A stretch of DNA of 59,109 nucleotides, from positions 1 through 59,109 of the forward strand of contig JAKSUY010000003.1 in the NCBI GenBank assembly GCA_024408495.1. The letters run 5' to 3'. Positions 29,271 through 37,930 of the stretch are shown one piece after another. How positions within the stretch are numbered: the first letter of the stretch is position 1; the number at the start of each line of letters is the position of its first letter. A model generated the notes under the pieces. The model made no database searches and was not told where the DNA came from. It saw only the letters and a program-made list of their open reading frames with translations. This DNA is from Bacilli bacterium (GTDB taxonomy: Bacteria; Bacillota_I; Bacilli_A; RFN20; CAG-826). A program made the position numbers and the translations under genes.

Positions 29271-29726
29271 TTATTTATGATACTTCTCATGGTGGTTAAT
29301 TTTAAAACCACGATATATTTGTTCCAATAAGATTATTCTACTCATTTGATGAGTAAAGGTTAACTTCGATAAGGTTAAACATTCATTCGCACGATTAGTA
29401 ACTGAGTTACATAATCCTAACGAACCGCCGATAACAAACACTAATTCGCTGGTCTTCATAAATTTGTCATTTAACCAAGTAGCAAACTCCTCACTAGTGT
29501 ATTCTTTTTTATTTAAGGTAAGCGCAATTACATAATCTTTAGGTTTAATAGAAGATAATATTTTCTTACCTTCGATTTCTTTTGCGTTCGGATGAGTATC
29601 ATTTTCTTCTTTAATTTCAATAATCTCTACTTTAGTATACTTACTTAAACGTTTGGTGTATTCATCCGACATATCCTTTAAATATTTTTCTTTGAGCATA
29701 CCGATTGCGATAATTTTAATCTTCAT
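29271..29726 (-). CDS. rlmH: 23S rRNA pseudouridine-1915 N3-methyltransferase
   Basis: MKIKIIAIG, FVIGGSLG, LSKLTFTHQ, LLEQIYR, YHK; start moved to ATG 29726. Confidence 0.96.
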   Translation of the reverse strand: MKIKIIAIGMLKEKYLKDMSDEYTKRLSKYTKVEIIEIKEENDTHPNAKEIEGKKILSSIKPKDYVIALTLNKKEYTSEEFATWLNDKFMKTSELVFVIGGSLGLCNSVTNRANECLTLSKLTFTHQMSRIILLEQIYRGFKINHHEKYHK

Positions 29727-30465
29727 AACCACCCTCAACTACTTTATTTTGATAAGTGCATCGAATGCATAGTTTATTTACATCAATTCTTTTTTTCTTT
29801 AAAACATTAATACAAGTTTCTACTGGTAATTCATAGGTATTAGCTTCTTGCGAAATGTGCGCTAAAAATATTTGTTTGGTATTGTTTCCTATCATTTCGC
29901 TTAAATAAAGTGAACAGTCTTCGTTATTTAAATGACCGAACTCCGACATAATTCTTTCTTTTACATATGCAGGACGATGCGTCTTAAGCAACATCTTACG
30001 ATTATGATTAGATTCAATGATGTAATAAGTCGCATTATTTGCGAGTTTCATATTCTTCTCATTAATAAAACCGGTATCGGTAATGTACACTAATTTTTCT
30101 TTTTCATTTTTAAAGATAAAACCTAACGGAGAATATGCATCATGGCTCACTTCAATTGGAAGAATATTTAGATGTTTACACTTAAATGGAACATAGGGAG
30201 TAATTTCTTTATAGTTAGGACACACAAAAGAATTCTTCCCGCCATAAATCATAATATTATGAATGCTTTCGAGTCCTTTAGTGTGGTCGGTGTGTTCGTG
30301 CGTTAATAAAATAAAATCTAAATCATCTAAGGATAATTTAAGTCTATTTAAATGCTCTTCTAATTGACGTTTAGAAATGCCTAAGTCAATTAAGATGTGA
30401 ACATTTTTATCTACTAATAAAGTGGCATTCCCTTTAGAGCCGCTAGCAAATATATAGAATTTCAT
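29716..30465 (-). CDS. yycJ: YycJ/WalJ-like metallo-beta-lactamase-fold hydrolase
   Basis: ASGSKGN, THEHTDH, SHDA, TDTG, ESNH, GHL, LAHISQEAN. Confidence 0.88.
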   Translation of the reverse strand: MKFYIFASGSKGNATLLVDKNVHILIDLGISKRQLEEHLNRLKLSLDDLDFILLTHEHTDHTKGLESIHNIMIYGGKNSFVCPNYKEITPYVPFKCKHLNILPIEVSHDAYSPLGFIFKNEKEKLVYITDTGFINEKNMKLANNATYYIIESNHNRKMLLKTHRPAYVKERIMSEFGHLNNEDCSLYLSEMIGNNTKQIFLAHISQEANTYELPVETCINVLKKKRIDVNKLCIRCTYQNKVVEGGYED

Positions 30466-32003
30466 TATTTACTTTCGTTATTGTAACGATTTTGAATCGC
30501 CTTTTCTTGATTAGCAAAATCATCGGACACTTCTGAGAATCTACTATAATCTTTTTCAAATAATAATTTAATAACTTTACCCGATTCACCATTACGATTT
30601 TTCGCTAAGATAATATTCATAATCGTGGCATCTTCTTGGCCTTCTTGATTACCTTTATTTTCGTTTACGGTTCTTTGAATAGCTTTATCCAGTAACGCGC
30701 TTCTAGCCTCGGCTGACATATTCGCAGCCGTCACTTTTGGTTGCGATTGTTGCTTTTTCATTTCTTCCGTTAAAGCGTTCTTGTTATAGTCAGGCGAATG
30801 CATTAATAAAACAATTTCAGCATCTTGTTCAATAGAACCGGATTCACGAAGATCACTTAATCTAGGAGTGCCTGATTCACCACGTTCTTCAACTTTTCTA
30901 TTTAACTGACATAATACTAGAATCGGAACTTTTAAGTCTCTCGCTAATTCGTGAAGAGTTCTTGTATATTCTTGAATTTCAAGTTGACGGTTATCGTATT
31001 TTCTCTTGCTTTTGTTGCTACTAGAAATAAGACCTAAATAGTCAATAACAAGTAATCCTAAATCAGGTTGTTGACTCTTTAATTTACGTGCTTTAGCGAC
31101 TAAGTCTTGAATTGAAACCGCACTAGATTCATCAACATAAATCTTTAAAGCCGCCAAACGGTCTAATGCTTCTTTAACGCGAATGACTTCTCGACCACGA
31201 ATGCTACCAGTTAAAATACGTCTACCTTTAACATCAGCTTCATTTGCGACAAGTCGGGAATAAAGTGTAAGCGAAGACATTTCCATTTCAAATATTCCAA
31301 CTGGCACACCGCTTTTTGCGGCATTTAGCAATAAATTAAGCGCAAAAGCAGTCTTACCTAAACCAGTACGTCCCGCTAAAATAATTAAGTTTTCGGGTTG
31401 GAATCCGTTCGTATAATAATTTAGCCATTTAAAACCGGTATCAACGCCAGTCAAATCTCCTTCTTTCTTAGTTTCGCTTAAATCGAGAATTTTCTTTTCA
31501 ACATTTTTAACGACATCACGGCTGCTTTTAAAATTAGATATTCTTCTTTTTTCGGCAATTTGATAAATCTTCTTTTGAGCATCACCAACAAAAGATGTAT
31601 AACTATCAACCTCTTTCTTTAGAAATTCGCCTTCAATTTCGCCAAATGCTAATAAGAGATCACGCATATTAGCATTATCCTTAACGATATTCATATATTC
31701 TTCTGAATTATCAATACTTAATACTGATTGAATTAATTCATATAAATATTCAGTTCCACCAATAGCGTCTAACTGTTTCATGTTCTTTAATTCTTGTGCA
31801 ACAGTTTGGATATCGACTTTAATACCTTTGTCATTAACATTAAAGATAGCTTCAAAAATTGTTTGGTGAATTTTCAAAAAGAAATCAGTAACCGAAATGA
31901 TTGCTAAACAATCATCTTTAACTGATCGGTCCTGTAGCATTGCTCCTAAAGTAGCCTTTTCGGCTTCTATATTACGCGGTAATTTATCAACACTAATCGC
32001 CAT
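30465..32003 (-). CDS. dnaB: Replicative DNA helicase
   Basis: PRNIEAE, GRTGLGKT, IDYL, QLNR, LSDLRESGSIEQDA, AKNRNG; start moved to ATG 32003. Confidence 0.96.
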   Translation of the reverse strand: MAISVDKLPRNIEAEKATLGAMLQDRSVKDDCLAIISVTDFFLKIHQTIFEAIFNVNDKGIKVDIQTVAQELKNMKQLDAIGGTEYLYELIQSVLSIDNSEEYMNIVKDNANMRDLLLAFGEIEGEFLKKEVDSYTSFVGDAQKKIYQIAEKRRISNFKSSRDVVKNVEKKILDLSETKKEGDLTGVDTGFKWLNYYTNGFQPENLIILAGRTGLGKTAFALNLLLNAAKSGVPVGIFEMEMSSLTLYSRLVANEADVKGRRILTGSIRGREVIRVKEALDRLAALKIYVDESSAVSIQDLVAKARKLKSQQPDLGLLVIDYLGLISSSNKSKRKYDNRQLEIQEYTRTLHELARDLKVPILVLCQLNRKVEERGESGTPRLSDLRESGSIEQDAEIVLLMHSPDYNKNALTEEMKKQQSQPKVTAANMSAEARSALLDKAIQRTVNENKGNQEGQEDATIMNIILAKNRNGESGKVIKLLFEKDYSRFSEVSDDFANQEKAIQNRYNNESK

Positions 32004-32004
32004 G

Positions 32005-32454
32005 TTATTTATCCTCACTCACATGAACGCTTACAATACCAACTATGCCTTTAAATAATTCAATTTTTAATTTAGTAGTACCGAAAGCATTAATTTGATA
32101 ATGATCGATAAATTTACGTTTATCAATAATTAATTGATGCTTGTCCTTTAATTCATCCTCAACTTGTTTATAAGAAATGGTTCCTACCATTCTTCCATCA
32201 GGTGCAGCCTTTGCTTTAAATTCAAGAACAATACTCTCAAGTAACTTTTGATTTTTAACCGCTAATTGTCTTTCTTCTTCTATTTTTTTCGCAGCTTGAG
32301 CTTGTTGATCTTTCAATATCTCTTTAGCGCGATCGGTGTAATTAACCGCTAATTTTTTTGGAATTAAAAAGTTTGTAGCGTATCCGTTGCTAGTTTCTTT
32401 AACTTCGCCCTTTTTTCCAAGGCCTTTAACATCAGCTAGAAGAATAACTTTCAT
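32005..32454 (-). CDS. rplI: 50S ribosomal protein L9
   Basis: [18 protein letters not shown]...GYATNFLIP. Confidence 0.97.
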   Translation of the reverse strand: MKVILLADVKGLGKKGEVKETSNGYATNFLIPKKLAVNYTDRAKEILKDQQAQAAKKIEEERQLAVKNQKLLESIVLEFKAKAAPDGRMVGTISYKQVEDELKDKHQLIIDKRKFIDHYQINAFGTTKLKIELFKGIVGIVSVHVSEDK

Positions 32455-32456
32455 AA

Positions 32457-34478
32457 TTATTCCTCTTTAACCGTAGTAGTTTGAGCTTTCTTTAAGTAAC
32501 TAGTTAAGGTATCTAATAAGGATGCTTCAGCATCTTTGATTGACATATTCTTAAGTGGAACAGCTGCCATAGTAAAGTGTCCACCACCACCCATTTTTTC
32601 CGCTAGTAATTGAACGTTCACTGTTCCATCGCTACGACAAGAAATACGAGCTTCCTTTTCGTTTACACGTCCGATAACAAAAGCGGCATTAACGCCCTTC
32701 ATTTGTAAGCATTGATTGGCAACTTTAGCTAAAGTAGCAGGCTCAATATTATACTTATCATCCGCAGTGCAATACACTACACCAACATGTGGAGTCTTTA
32801 GCGTAGAAGCAATTTGGGTAACTAATGAATATTCTTCAAATTCATCTTTTAAGAAGTCATCGGCTTTTGAGTTATTCGCGCCGAATTCTTTGAGAATCAT
32901 ACTAGCTTCAAATGTTCTAATACCTGTAGTCTTAGTCTTGAAGAAATTCGAATCTAGATAAATACCAGAAAGCATAATCGTAGCATAAGTAGGTGGTACT
33001 TCAATTTTAGGATTTTGCGTTGCATAATGAATAAGTTCACTAATTAATTCAGAAGCACTAGATGCACTAGGCTCAATATAAGAGAACACCGGCATTTCTA
33101 CGAACTCTTCGCTTCTTCGATGGTGATCAATAACTACAATCTTACTGGCTCTTTCAATTAAACGGGGACAAATGGATATAGAAGGGCGGTGGCAATCTAC
33201 TAAGATTACTAAAGTAGATGATTTAACTTCACTTACTACATCTTTAGGGCTCACAATCATCTTTAATATTTGTTCACGTGGGAAACTATTCGCAAAAGCC
33301 GCTCTAGCCTTTCTTTCAACTAATTTAGGATCATAAACCATACGGCATGGTTTCTTTAAGTGTTGGCACATCGCCATAATACCAAGACAACTACCAATTG
33401 CATCCATATCTGCATCATTATGTCCTAACACCACTACATTCTTAGCGAGCTTAATGGTTGCAATTAATGAATCCGCTAAAACACGTACTTTAACTTTATT
33501 ACGAGTTTCAAGCGCTTCGGTCTTACCGCCAAAGAATTTTAATTCATCACCATATTTAGAAATAACCGCTTGGTCACCGCCACGGCTCATCGCAATATCA
33601 ATCGCATCTGTAACCATTTCGTTTAATTTATTGAAATCAGGGAATCCGTGGGCAAAACCGACTGATAAAGTTGGTGGGGTATTTTCTTTCGCTCCCATCA
33701 CCCTTACTTTTTCTAATAAGGAGAATTGATCATCTTCCATTTCTTGAAGTGAAGCATAATCACAAACTGCGAAATAAGCATCATTTCGGAAACGACGCAA
33801 TAATACTTTATGTTGACGCGCGTAATTAATAATTGCATCACCAACTTTCGCTAAGATGTTGCTTTGATCACCAGCGTTACCACCAACTTCGGAGTAGTTA
33901 TCAATAATGATAATACCAACCACACTCGCTTTCGCTTTGGAATAATCCATAATGCTTTGATAGTCAGTAATATCCTTGAAGATATATAGTTTGGTCTCTC
34001 TTAAGTATTTCACTTCATAGTTATGGGAGTTATAAACAAATTTAATTGTGTGATCGACCGCTCCGTTTTTTAGTTCTTTTAACCGTGGTTCCCATAATAA
34101 AATATTTTCATCTAATAACTTAATATTACGGTCTCGAAATAAATCACTACACCAAATAACGGTATCAGTCTCATCCACCAAAACCAAACCTATCATACCA
34201 AAGTTATAAGCTTCTTGAACATCTTGACCTAACAATTGAGCGCTGGTTAAATCGTTCTTACGTCTTAAAAGTAATACCGCTAATAACATCGCTCCACAGA
34301 AGATAACATTAGCGGTAATAACCGAAATCGTAATAATAATAGCGGTTACACCATCGATTACATCTTTACATCCAGCAACATCAAGAAAATAGAAAATACT
34401 TAGTAAAGTAATTCCCACGATTTCTACACCGCTAAATATGGTGTAAGCAAGACGAATGTTACGAAAAGCCTTTTTCAT
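32457..34478 (-). CDS. gdpP: Cyclic-di-AMP phosphodiesterase
   Basis: 2 TM, PAS-like region, degenerate GGDEF (RGGDQ), DMD, IDHHR, GGGGH (DHH/DHHA1); conserved position before rplI. Confidence 0.92.
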   Translation of the reverse strand: MKKAFRNIRLAYTIFSGVEIVGITLLSIFYFLDVAGCKDVIDGVTAIIITISVITANVIFCGAMLLAVLLLRRKNDLTSAQLLGQDVQEAYNFGMIGLVLVDETDTVIWCSDLFRDRNIKLLDENILLWEPRLKELKNGAVDHTIKFVYNSHNYEVKYLRETKLYIFKDITDYQSIMDYSKAKASVVGIIIIDNYSEVGGNAGDQSNILAKVGDAIINYARQHKVLLRRFRNDAYFAVCDYASLQEMEDDQFSLLEKVRVMGAKENTPPTLSVGFAHGFPDFNKLNEMVTDAIDIAMSRGGDQAVISKYGDELKFFGGKTEALETRNKVKVRVLADSLIATIKLAKNVVVLGHNDADMDAIGSCLGIMAMCQHLKKPCRMVYDPKLVERKARAAFANSFPREQILKMIVSPKDVVSEVKSSTLVILVDCHRPSISICPRLIERASKIVVIDHHRRSEEFVEMPVFSYIEPSASSASELISELIHYATQNPKIEVPPTYATIMLSGIYLDSNFFKTKTTGIRTFEASMILKEFGANNSKADDFLKDEFEEYSLVTQIASTLKTPHVGVVYCTADDKYNIEPATLAKVANQCLQMKGVNAAFVIGRVNEKEARISCRSDGTVNVQLLAEKMGGGGHFTMAAVPLKNMSIKDAEASLLDTLTSYLKKAQTTTVKEE

Positions 34479-34535
34479 AAGTATAGGTATTATAACCCAT
34501 TTTTTCTTTTAATTAAAAGAAAATAAACAATTATA

Positions 34536-34835
34536 TTATGCTATATAAGTCCGAATAGCTGCCATAAAGACAATGCATAAAATGCATAGCACCGCACCTG
34601 AAACAATGTTGATGATTGAAAATACTAAGGCCGTAATATTTTTTCCTCTTTCATAAGCATCTTTAATATTTCTAGAACTACGAACAACACCGATAATGGC
34701 TCCAATAGTACAAGCAATAGAAGAAACCAAGCAACAAATTAATCCGACTTTATTTGAAGAAAGCGGGGCGGTTATTGGAATCACGATAGCAAGAATAGTT
34801 TCTATTACGAATATAGTAATCGATGAACCTAGCAT
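34536..34835 (-). CDS. Small three-TM hypothetical membrane protein
   Basis: Start moved to ATG 34835 (SD AAAGGA) because the upstream in-frame part crosses the rpsR terminator; three hydrophobic segments. Confidence 0.6.
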   Translation of the reverse strand: MLGSSITIFVIETILAIVIPITAPLSSNKVGLICCLVSSIACTIGAIIGVVRSSRNIKDAYERGKNITALVFSIINIVSGAVLCILCIVFMAAIRTYIA

Positions 34836-34872
34836 AACGTTTCCTTTTTTATTTATCCTACTCCTTTTTTCC

Positions 34873-34901
34873 AAAAAGAAAAGCCTTACGGGAGTAAGGC
34901 T
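34873..34901 (-). terminator. Rho-independent terminator after rpsR
   Basis: AGCCTTAC-TCCC-GTAAGGCT hairpin followed by a T-rich tract on the minus strand. Confidence 0.8.
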
Positions 34902-34913
34902 CATCTGTTTTGT

Positions 34914-35141
34914 TTAGTCAGCAATGAATGGAAGTAATCCCATATAGCGAGCGTTTTTAATGGCTCTTGCTAATTGGCGTTGGTACTTCGCACTTGTGCC
35001 AGATAGATAACTTGGCATAATTTTGCCATTTGGCATAATAAATCTTTGAAGGAGTTCGACATCCTTGTAATCGATCCATTCAATATGCGCTTTTTTGAAA
35101 TAACATGATTTCTTGTGTTGTCTAACTTTTTTAAATCCCAT
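34914..35141 (-). CDS. rpsR: 30S ribosomal protein S18
   Basis: IDYKD, GKI.P, YQRQL..AIK.AR..GLLPF. Confidence 0.97.
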   Translation of the reverse strand: MGFKKVRQHKKSCYFKKAHIEWIDYKDVELLQRFIMPNGKIMPSYLSGTSAKYQRQLARAIKNARYMGLLPFIAD

Positions 35142-35162
35142 ATACTTTCTCCTTTAATTTAA

Positions 35163-35585
35163 TTAGAACGGAAGATCATCATCCACAATGTCCACGCCTT
35201 CCATTTTGGCATCTGGTTGTGGTTGAGCAATTTCCTCTTTAGTTACTGTTGCTTCTTTATTTGCACCTTTTGGTTCTAAGAATTGAACTGAATCGGCTAC
35301 AACTTCTAAGACGCTAGCTTTAGTTCCGTCCTTCTTCTCAAAACTTCTTTGTAAGAGACGACCATCCACTCCAACGAGCGAACCTTTTCTTACATATTTG
35401 CAAACATTGGTGGCTTGATCATTCCACACAGTAACTGGAATGAAACTGGCGGTCTTTTGACCATCAGCGCCTTTATTGCGGTTATCGACCGCTAACGTGA
35501 AAGATGCAACAGGTTTATCACTGTTGGTCTTTCTTAATTCTGGATCGCGAGTTAAACGACCCACTAATACTACTCGATTGACCAT
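35163..35585 (-). CDS. ssb: Single-stranded DNA-binding protein
   Basis: NRVVLVGRLTRDPELR, C-terminal DDDLPF; start moved to ATG 35585 (SD AAGGAGG). Confidence 0.97.
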   Translation of the reverse strand: MVNRVVLVGRLTRDPELRKTNSDKPVASFTLAVDNRNKGADGQKTASFIPVTVWNDQATNVCKYVRKGSLVGVDGRLLQRSFEKKDGTKASVLEVVADSVQFLEPKGANKEATVTKEEIAQPQPDAKMEGVDIVDDDLPF

Positions 35586-35620
35586 TTGTAATTCCTCCTT
35601 AATCAATTCGCTTTAAGTAA

Positions 35621-35911
35621 TTAATTACCATGACTAATAGTAATTAAATGACGAATAACATTTTCATTAATGCGGATTAAGCGTGAGAATTCATTGAGTT
35701 GATCAGCTTCGGCTAAAACCGTAAGAACGACATAATAGCCTTTCTTTTGGTCTTTAATGATGTAGGCAAAATCTCTGACGCCCCATTCATCAACCTTAGT
35801 GATTTTTACTCCATTCTTAGTCAAAATGTTATGAAGTTTTTCAACTTCTTTCTTACGGCTAGCATCTTCTAGATCAGCGCGTAAGATGTACATAATCTCG
35901 TACTTTTTCAT
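35621..35911 (-). CDS. rpsF: 30S ribosomal protein S6
   Basis: YEIMYIL, WG.R.FAY.I, GYY, VIRHL. Confidence 0.96.
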   Translation of the reverse strand: MKKYEIMYILRADLEDASRKKEVEKLHNILTKNGVKITKVDEWGVRDFAYIIKDQKKGYYVVLTVLAEADQLNEFSRLIRINENVIRHLITISHGN

Positions 35912-35917
35912 TACATT

Positions 35918-35970
35918 TCCCTCCTTTGGACATCTGGCTAATAACTAAGGTGTTACTAGCAAGAGAGTAA
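35918..35970 (-). promoter_or_regulatory. S6:S18 (rpsF) ribosomal leader
   Basis: CTCTTG...CAAAGGAG anti-SD/SD pairing enclosing hairpin GCTAGTAAC/GTTATTAGC followed by CC motif, as in the known S6:S18 leader. Confidence 0.65.
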
Positions 35971-35996
35971 CGACTAATAAATTAATCGTAGGAGAT

Positions 35997-36025
35997 ATTG
36001 TATAACTAAAACACTTAATACGCAA
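35997..36025 (-). promoter_or_regulatory. Sigma-A promoter of rpsF-ssb-rpsR
   Basis: TTGCGT (36025-36020), 17 nt, TACAAT (36002-35997). Confidence 0.65.
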
Positions 36026-36093
36026 AATAAATATTATCCTAGATAATAATTTTAACAATTACACCTCCTTACTTAAGCGGGGCAACTCGCCCC

Positions 36094-36121
36094 TTGTGTA
36101 ACCCTCAGATCATGGTATAAT
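36094..36121 (+). promoter_or_regulatory. Extended -10 promoter for putative antisense sRNA
   Basis: TTGTGT (36094-36099), 16 nt, TG-G-TATAAT (36113-36121). Confidence 0.6.
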
Positions 36122-36127
36122 ATCAAT

Positions 36128-36168
36128 AGTGTTGGTGCTGCCTAGCCATGACTAGACAGCATTTTTTT
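36128..36168 (+). ncRNA. Putative small antisense RNA (antitoxin-like) ending in an intrinsic terminator
   Basis: Lies between a consensus extended -10 and hairpin TGCTGCCTAG/CTAGACAGCA + T7 (36136-36168); convergent on the small-peptide ORF. Confidence 0.45.
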
Positions 36169-36170
36169 AT

Positions 36171-36233
36171 TTAGCGGCTAAGTTTACTAACAACTACATA
36201 CAACACTATCAATAAGATAATGAGATCACTCAC
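36171..36233 (-). CDS. Putative type I toxin-like hydrophobic peptide MSDLIILLIVLYVVVSKLSR (20 aa; 42 aa if ATG 36299 is used)
   Basis: SD AAGGAGGT (36253-36246) 12 nt before GTG; single TM-like core and basic C-terminus; not in the ORF track. Confidence 0.5.
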   Translation of the reverse strand: MSDLIILLIVLYVVVSKLSR

Positions 36234-36360
36234 GTGACCTGACTTACCTCCTTCCCAAGGATTAACACAAGGCATCAGCGCCCCTAAGGCGAATAACATG
36301 ACATTATCCCCCTTATATATGTACTTAGCGAAAAAGCGCTCAAATTCTCACTTATTTTTA

Positions 36361-36386
36361 TATATTTATATAATTATATAAATATA
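36361..36386. repeat. Perfect 26-bp all-AT palindrome
   Basis: TATATTTATATAATTATATAAATATA equals its own reverse complement. Confidence 0.9.
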
Positions 36387-36512
36387 AATTTTACATAAAT
36401 TCTATTTCCAACCATTTAAAGCTACAATTGCCTAGTTATTTACGATTTATAAGATAAAAAATCCCCACAATTTTACCTTTATGGTAAAATAACTAACTGC
36501 GGAGTTTAACTT

Positions 36513-37928
36513 ATGAAGTACGATGTAATTATTGTTGGCGCAGGTCCTAGTGGATACTTTAATGCCTATGAATTAGCAAAATTAAATCCTAAAATGAAGG
36601 TTCTTTTAATTGATCGTGGATTAGATATTACTAAAAGACATTGTCCGGTCTTAGAACACAAAATCACTAAATGCCCTAACACTTTAAAAGGTCATAATGA
36701 ATGTTATCCAGCTTGTAGTATCACTAACGGCTTTGGTGGAGCAGGTGCATACTCTGATGGTAAATTTAATATCACTACTGAATTCGGTGGTTGGCTAACT
36801 GACTATATTGATGAAGATGAATTATTAGACTTAATCAATTACGTTGATAAGATTAATTTAAGTTATGGCGCAACTAAGACTATTACTAATCCTAATACGC
36901 CAAAAGTTCATGAAATTGAATTAAGAGCGATGTCGGTAGGCGTTAAATTATTACGCGCCAAAGTTAGACATTTAGGCACCGAAGAGAATTTAAAGATTTT
37001 AACTAAAATCTATAACGACTTAAAGAAGAAAATTGATATGAAATTCTCCACGAATATTAAAGATATCATCGTTAAAAATAATAAAGTATGTGGTGTGGTT
37101 TTAGATGATAATAGTAAAATTGAAGCTAAATATGTGGTATTAGGTGTTGGACGTGAAGGCAGTTCATGGTTGACTGATATTCTTGAATCGCGCGGTGTTA
37201 AGATGACACAAAACCAAGTTGATATCGGTGTGCGTGTTGAATGTGATAACCGCATTATGCAAGAAATTAATGAGAACTTATATGAGGGCAAATTTGTTTA
37301 TCGCACTAAGTCAGGTAATTCAGTAAGAACGTTCTGCTCTAATCCAGGCGGACACGTAGTCGTTGAGAACTATGATGGGGTGGTTAATGTTAACGGCCAT
37401 TCCTATAACGATAGCAAACTTCATAGTAAGAACACGAACTTTGCTTTACTAGTGTCTCATCACTTTGAAGAACCATTTAAGAAACCAAATGAATATGCTT
37501 ATAAAGTAAGTAAATTAGCGAATCAATTAAGTTGTGGTTCCGTTATCGTTCAAAAGTTTGGTGACTTATTATTAAATAGAAGAACAACTTATAAGCGTTT
37601 AAAAGAAGGTTTTGTAAAGCCTACGCTTAAAGAAGCAGTCCCAGGCGATTTAGCTTTAGTGCTTCCTTATAAGACTCTTCGTTCAATTGTAGAGATGATT
37701 AGAGTGCTTGATCACATTACTCCAGGTATCGCGATGGATCACACTTTACTTTATGGCGTTGAATCAAAATACTATACCGCTCATCCAGACATTAATAATG
37801 AATTAGAAGTTAATTCAATTAAGAATTTATATGTTGCAGGTGATGGCGCGGGTCTCACTCGTGGACTTGCTCAGGCTGGAGCGTGTGGCGTATATATTGC
37901 ACGTAATATAATTAAGAAGGAGAAATAA
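36513..37928 (+). CDS. FAD-dependent oxidoreductase (COG2509-like)
   Basis: GAGPSG, GFGGAGAYSDGK, RHLGT, DIGVRVE, RTFCSNPGG, NGHS, GDGAG.TRGL.QA. Confidence 0.88.
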   Translation: MKYDVIIVGAGPSGYFNAYELAKLNPKMKVLLIDRGLDITKRHCPVLEHKITKCPNTLKGHNECYPACSITNGFGGAGAYSDGKFNITTEFGGWLTDYIDEDELLDLINYVDKINLSYGATKTITNPNTPKVHEIELRAMSVGVKLLRAKVRHLGTEENLKILTKIYNDLKKKIDMKFSTNIKDIIVKNNKVCGVVLDDNSKIEAKYVVLGVGREGSSWLTDILESRGVKMTQNQVDIGVRVECDNRIMQEINENLYEGKFVYRTKSGNSVRTFCSNPGGHVVVENYDGVVNVNGHSYNDSKLHSKNTNFALLVSHHFEEPFKKPNEYAYKVSKLANQLSCGSVIVQKFGDLLLNRRTTYKRLKEGFVKPTLKEAVPGDLALVLPYKTLRSIVEMIRVLDHITPGIAMDHTLLYGVESKYYTAHPDINNELEVNSIKNLYVAGDGAGLTRGLAQAGACGVYIARNIIKKEK

Positions 37929-37930
37929 TT

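Noticed and set aside
30633-30785. DnaB insertion as an intein
   Set aside because: Too short, and lacks the N-terminal Cys/Ser and C-terminal His-Asn splice motifs.
36092-36272. tmRNA or RNase P RNA in the large intergenic region
   Set aside because: No tRNA-like ends and no GAGGAAAGUC motif. 6S RNA is not fully excluded, but the SD, ORF and antisense promoter favour a toxin-type mRNA.
36300-36512. Replication origin in the AT-rich intergenic stretch
   Set aside because: I found no TTATCCACA boxes here; the near-matches (TTATCCACT) are isolated and inside coding regions.
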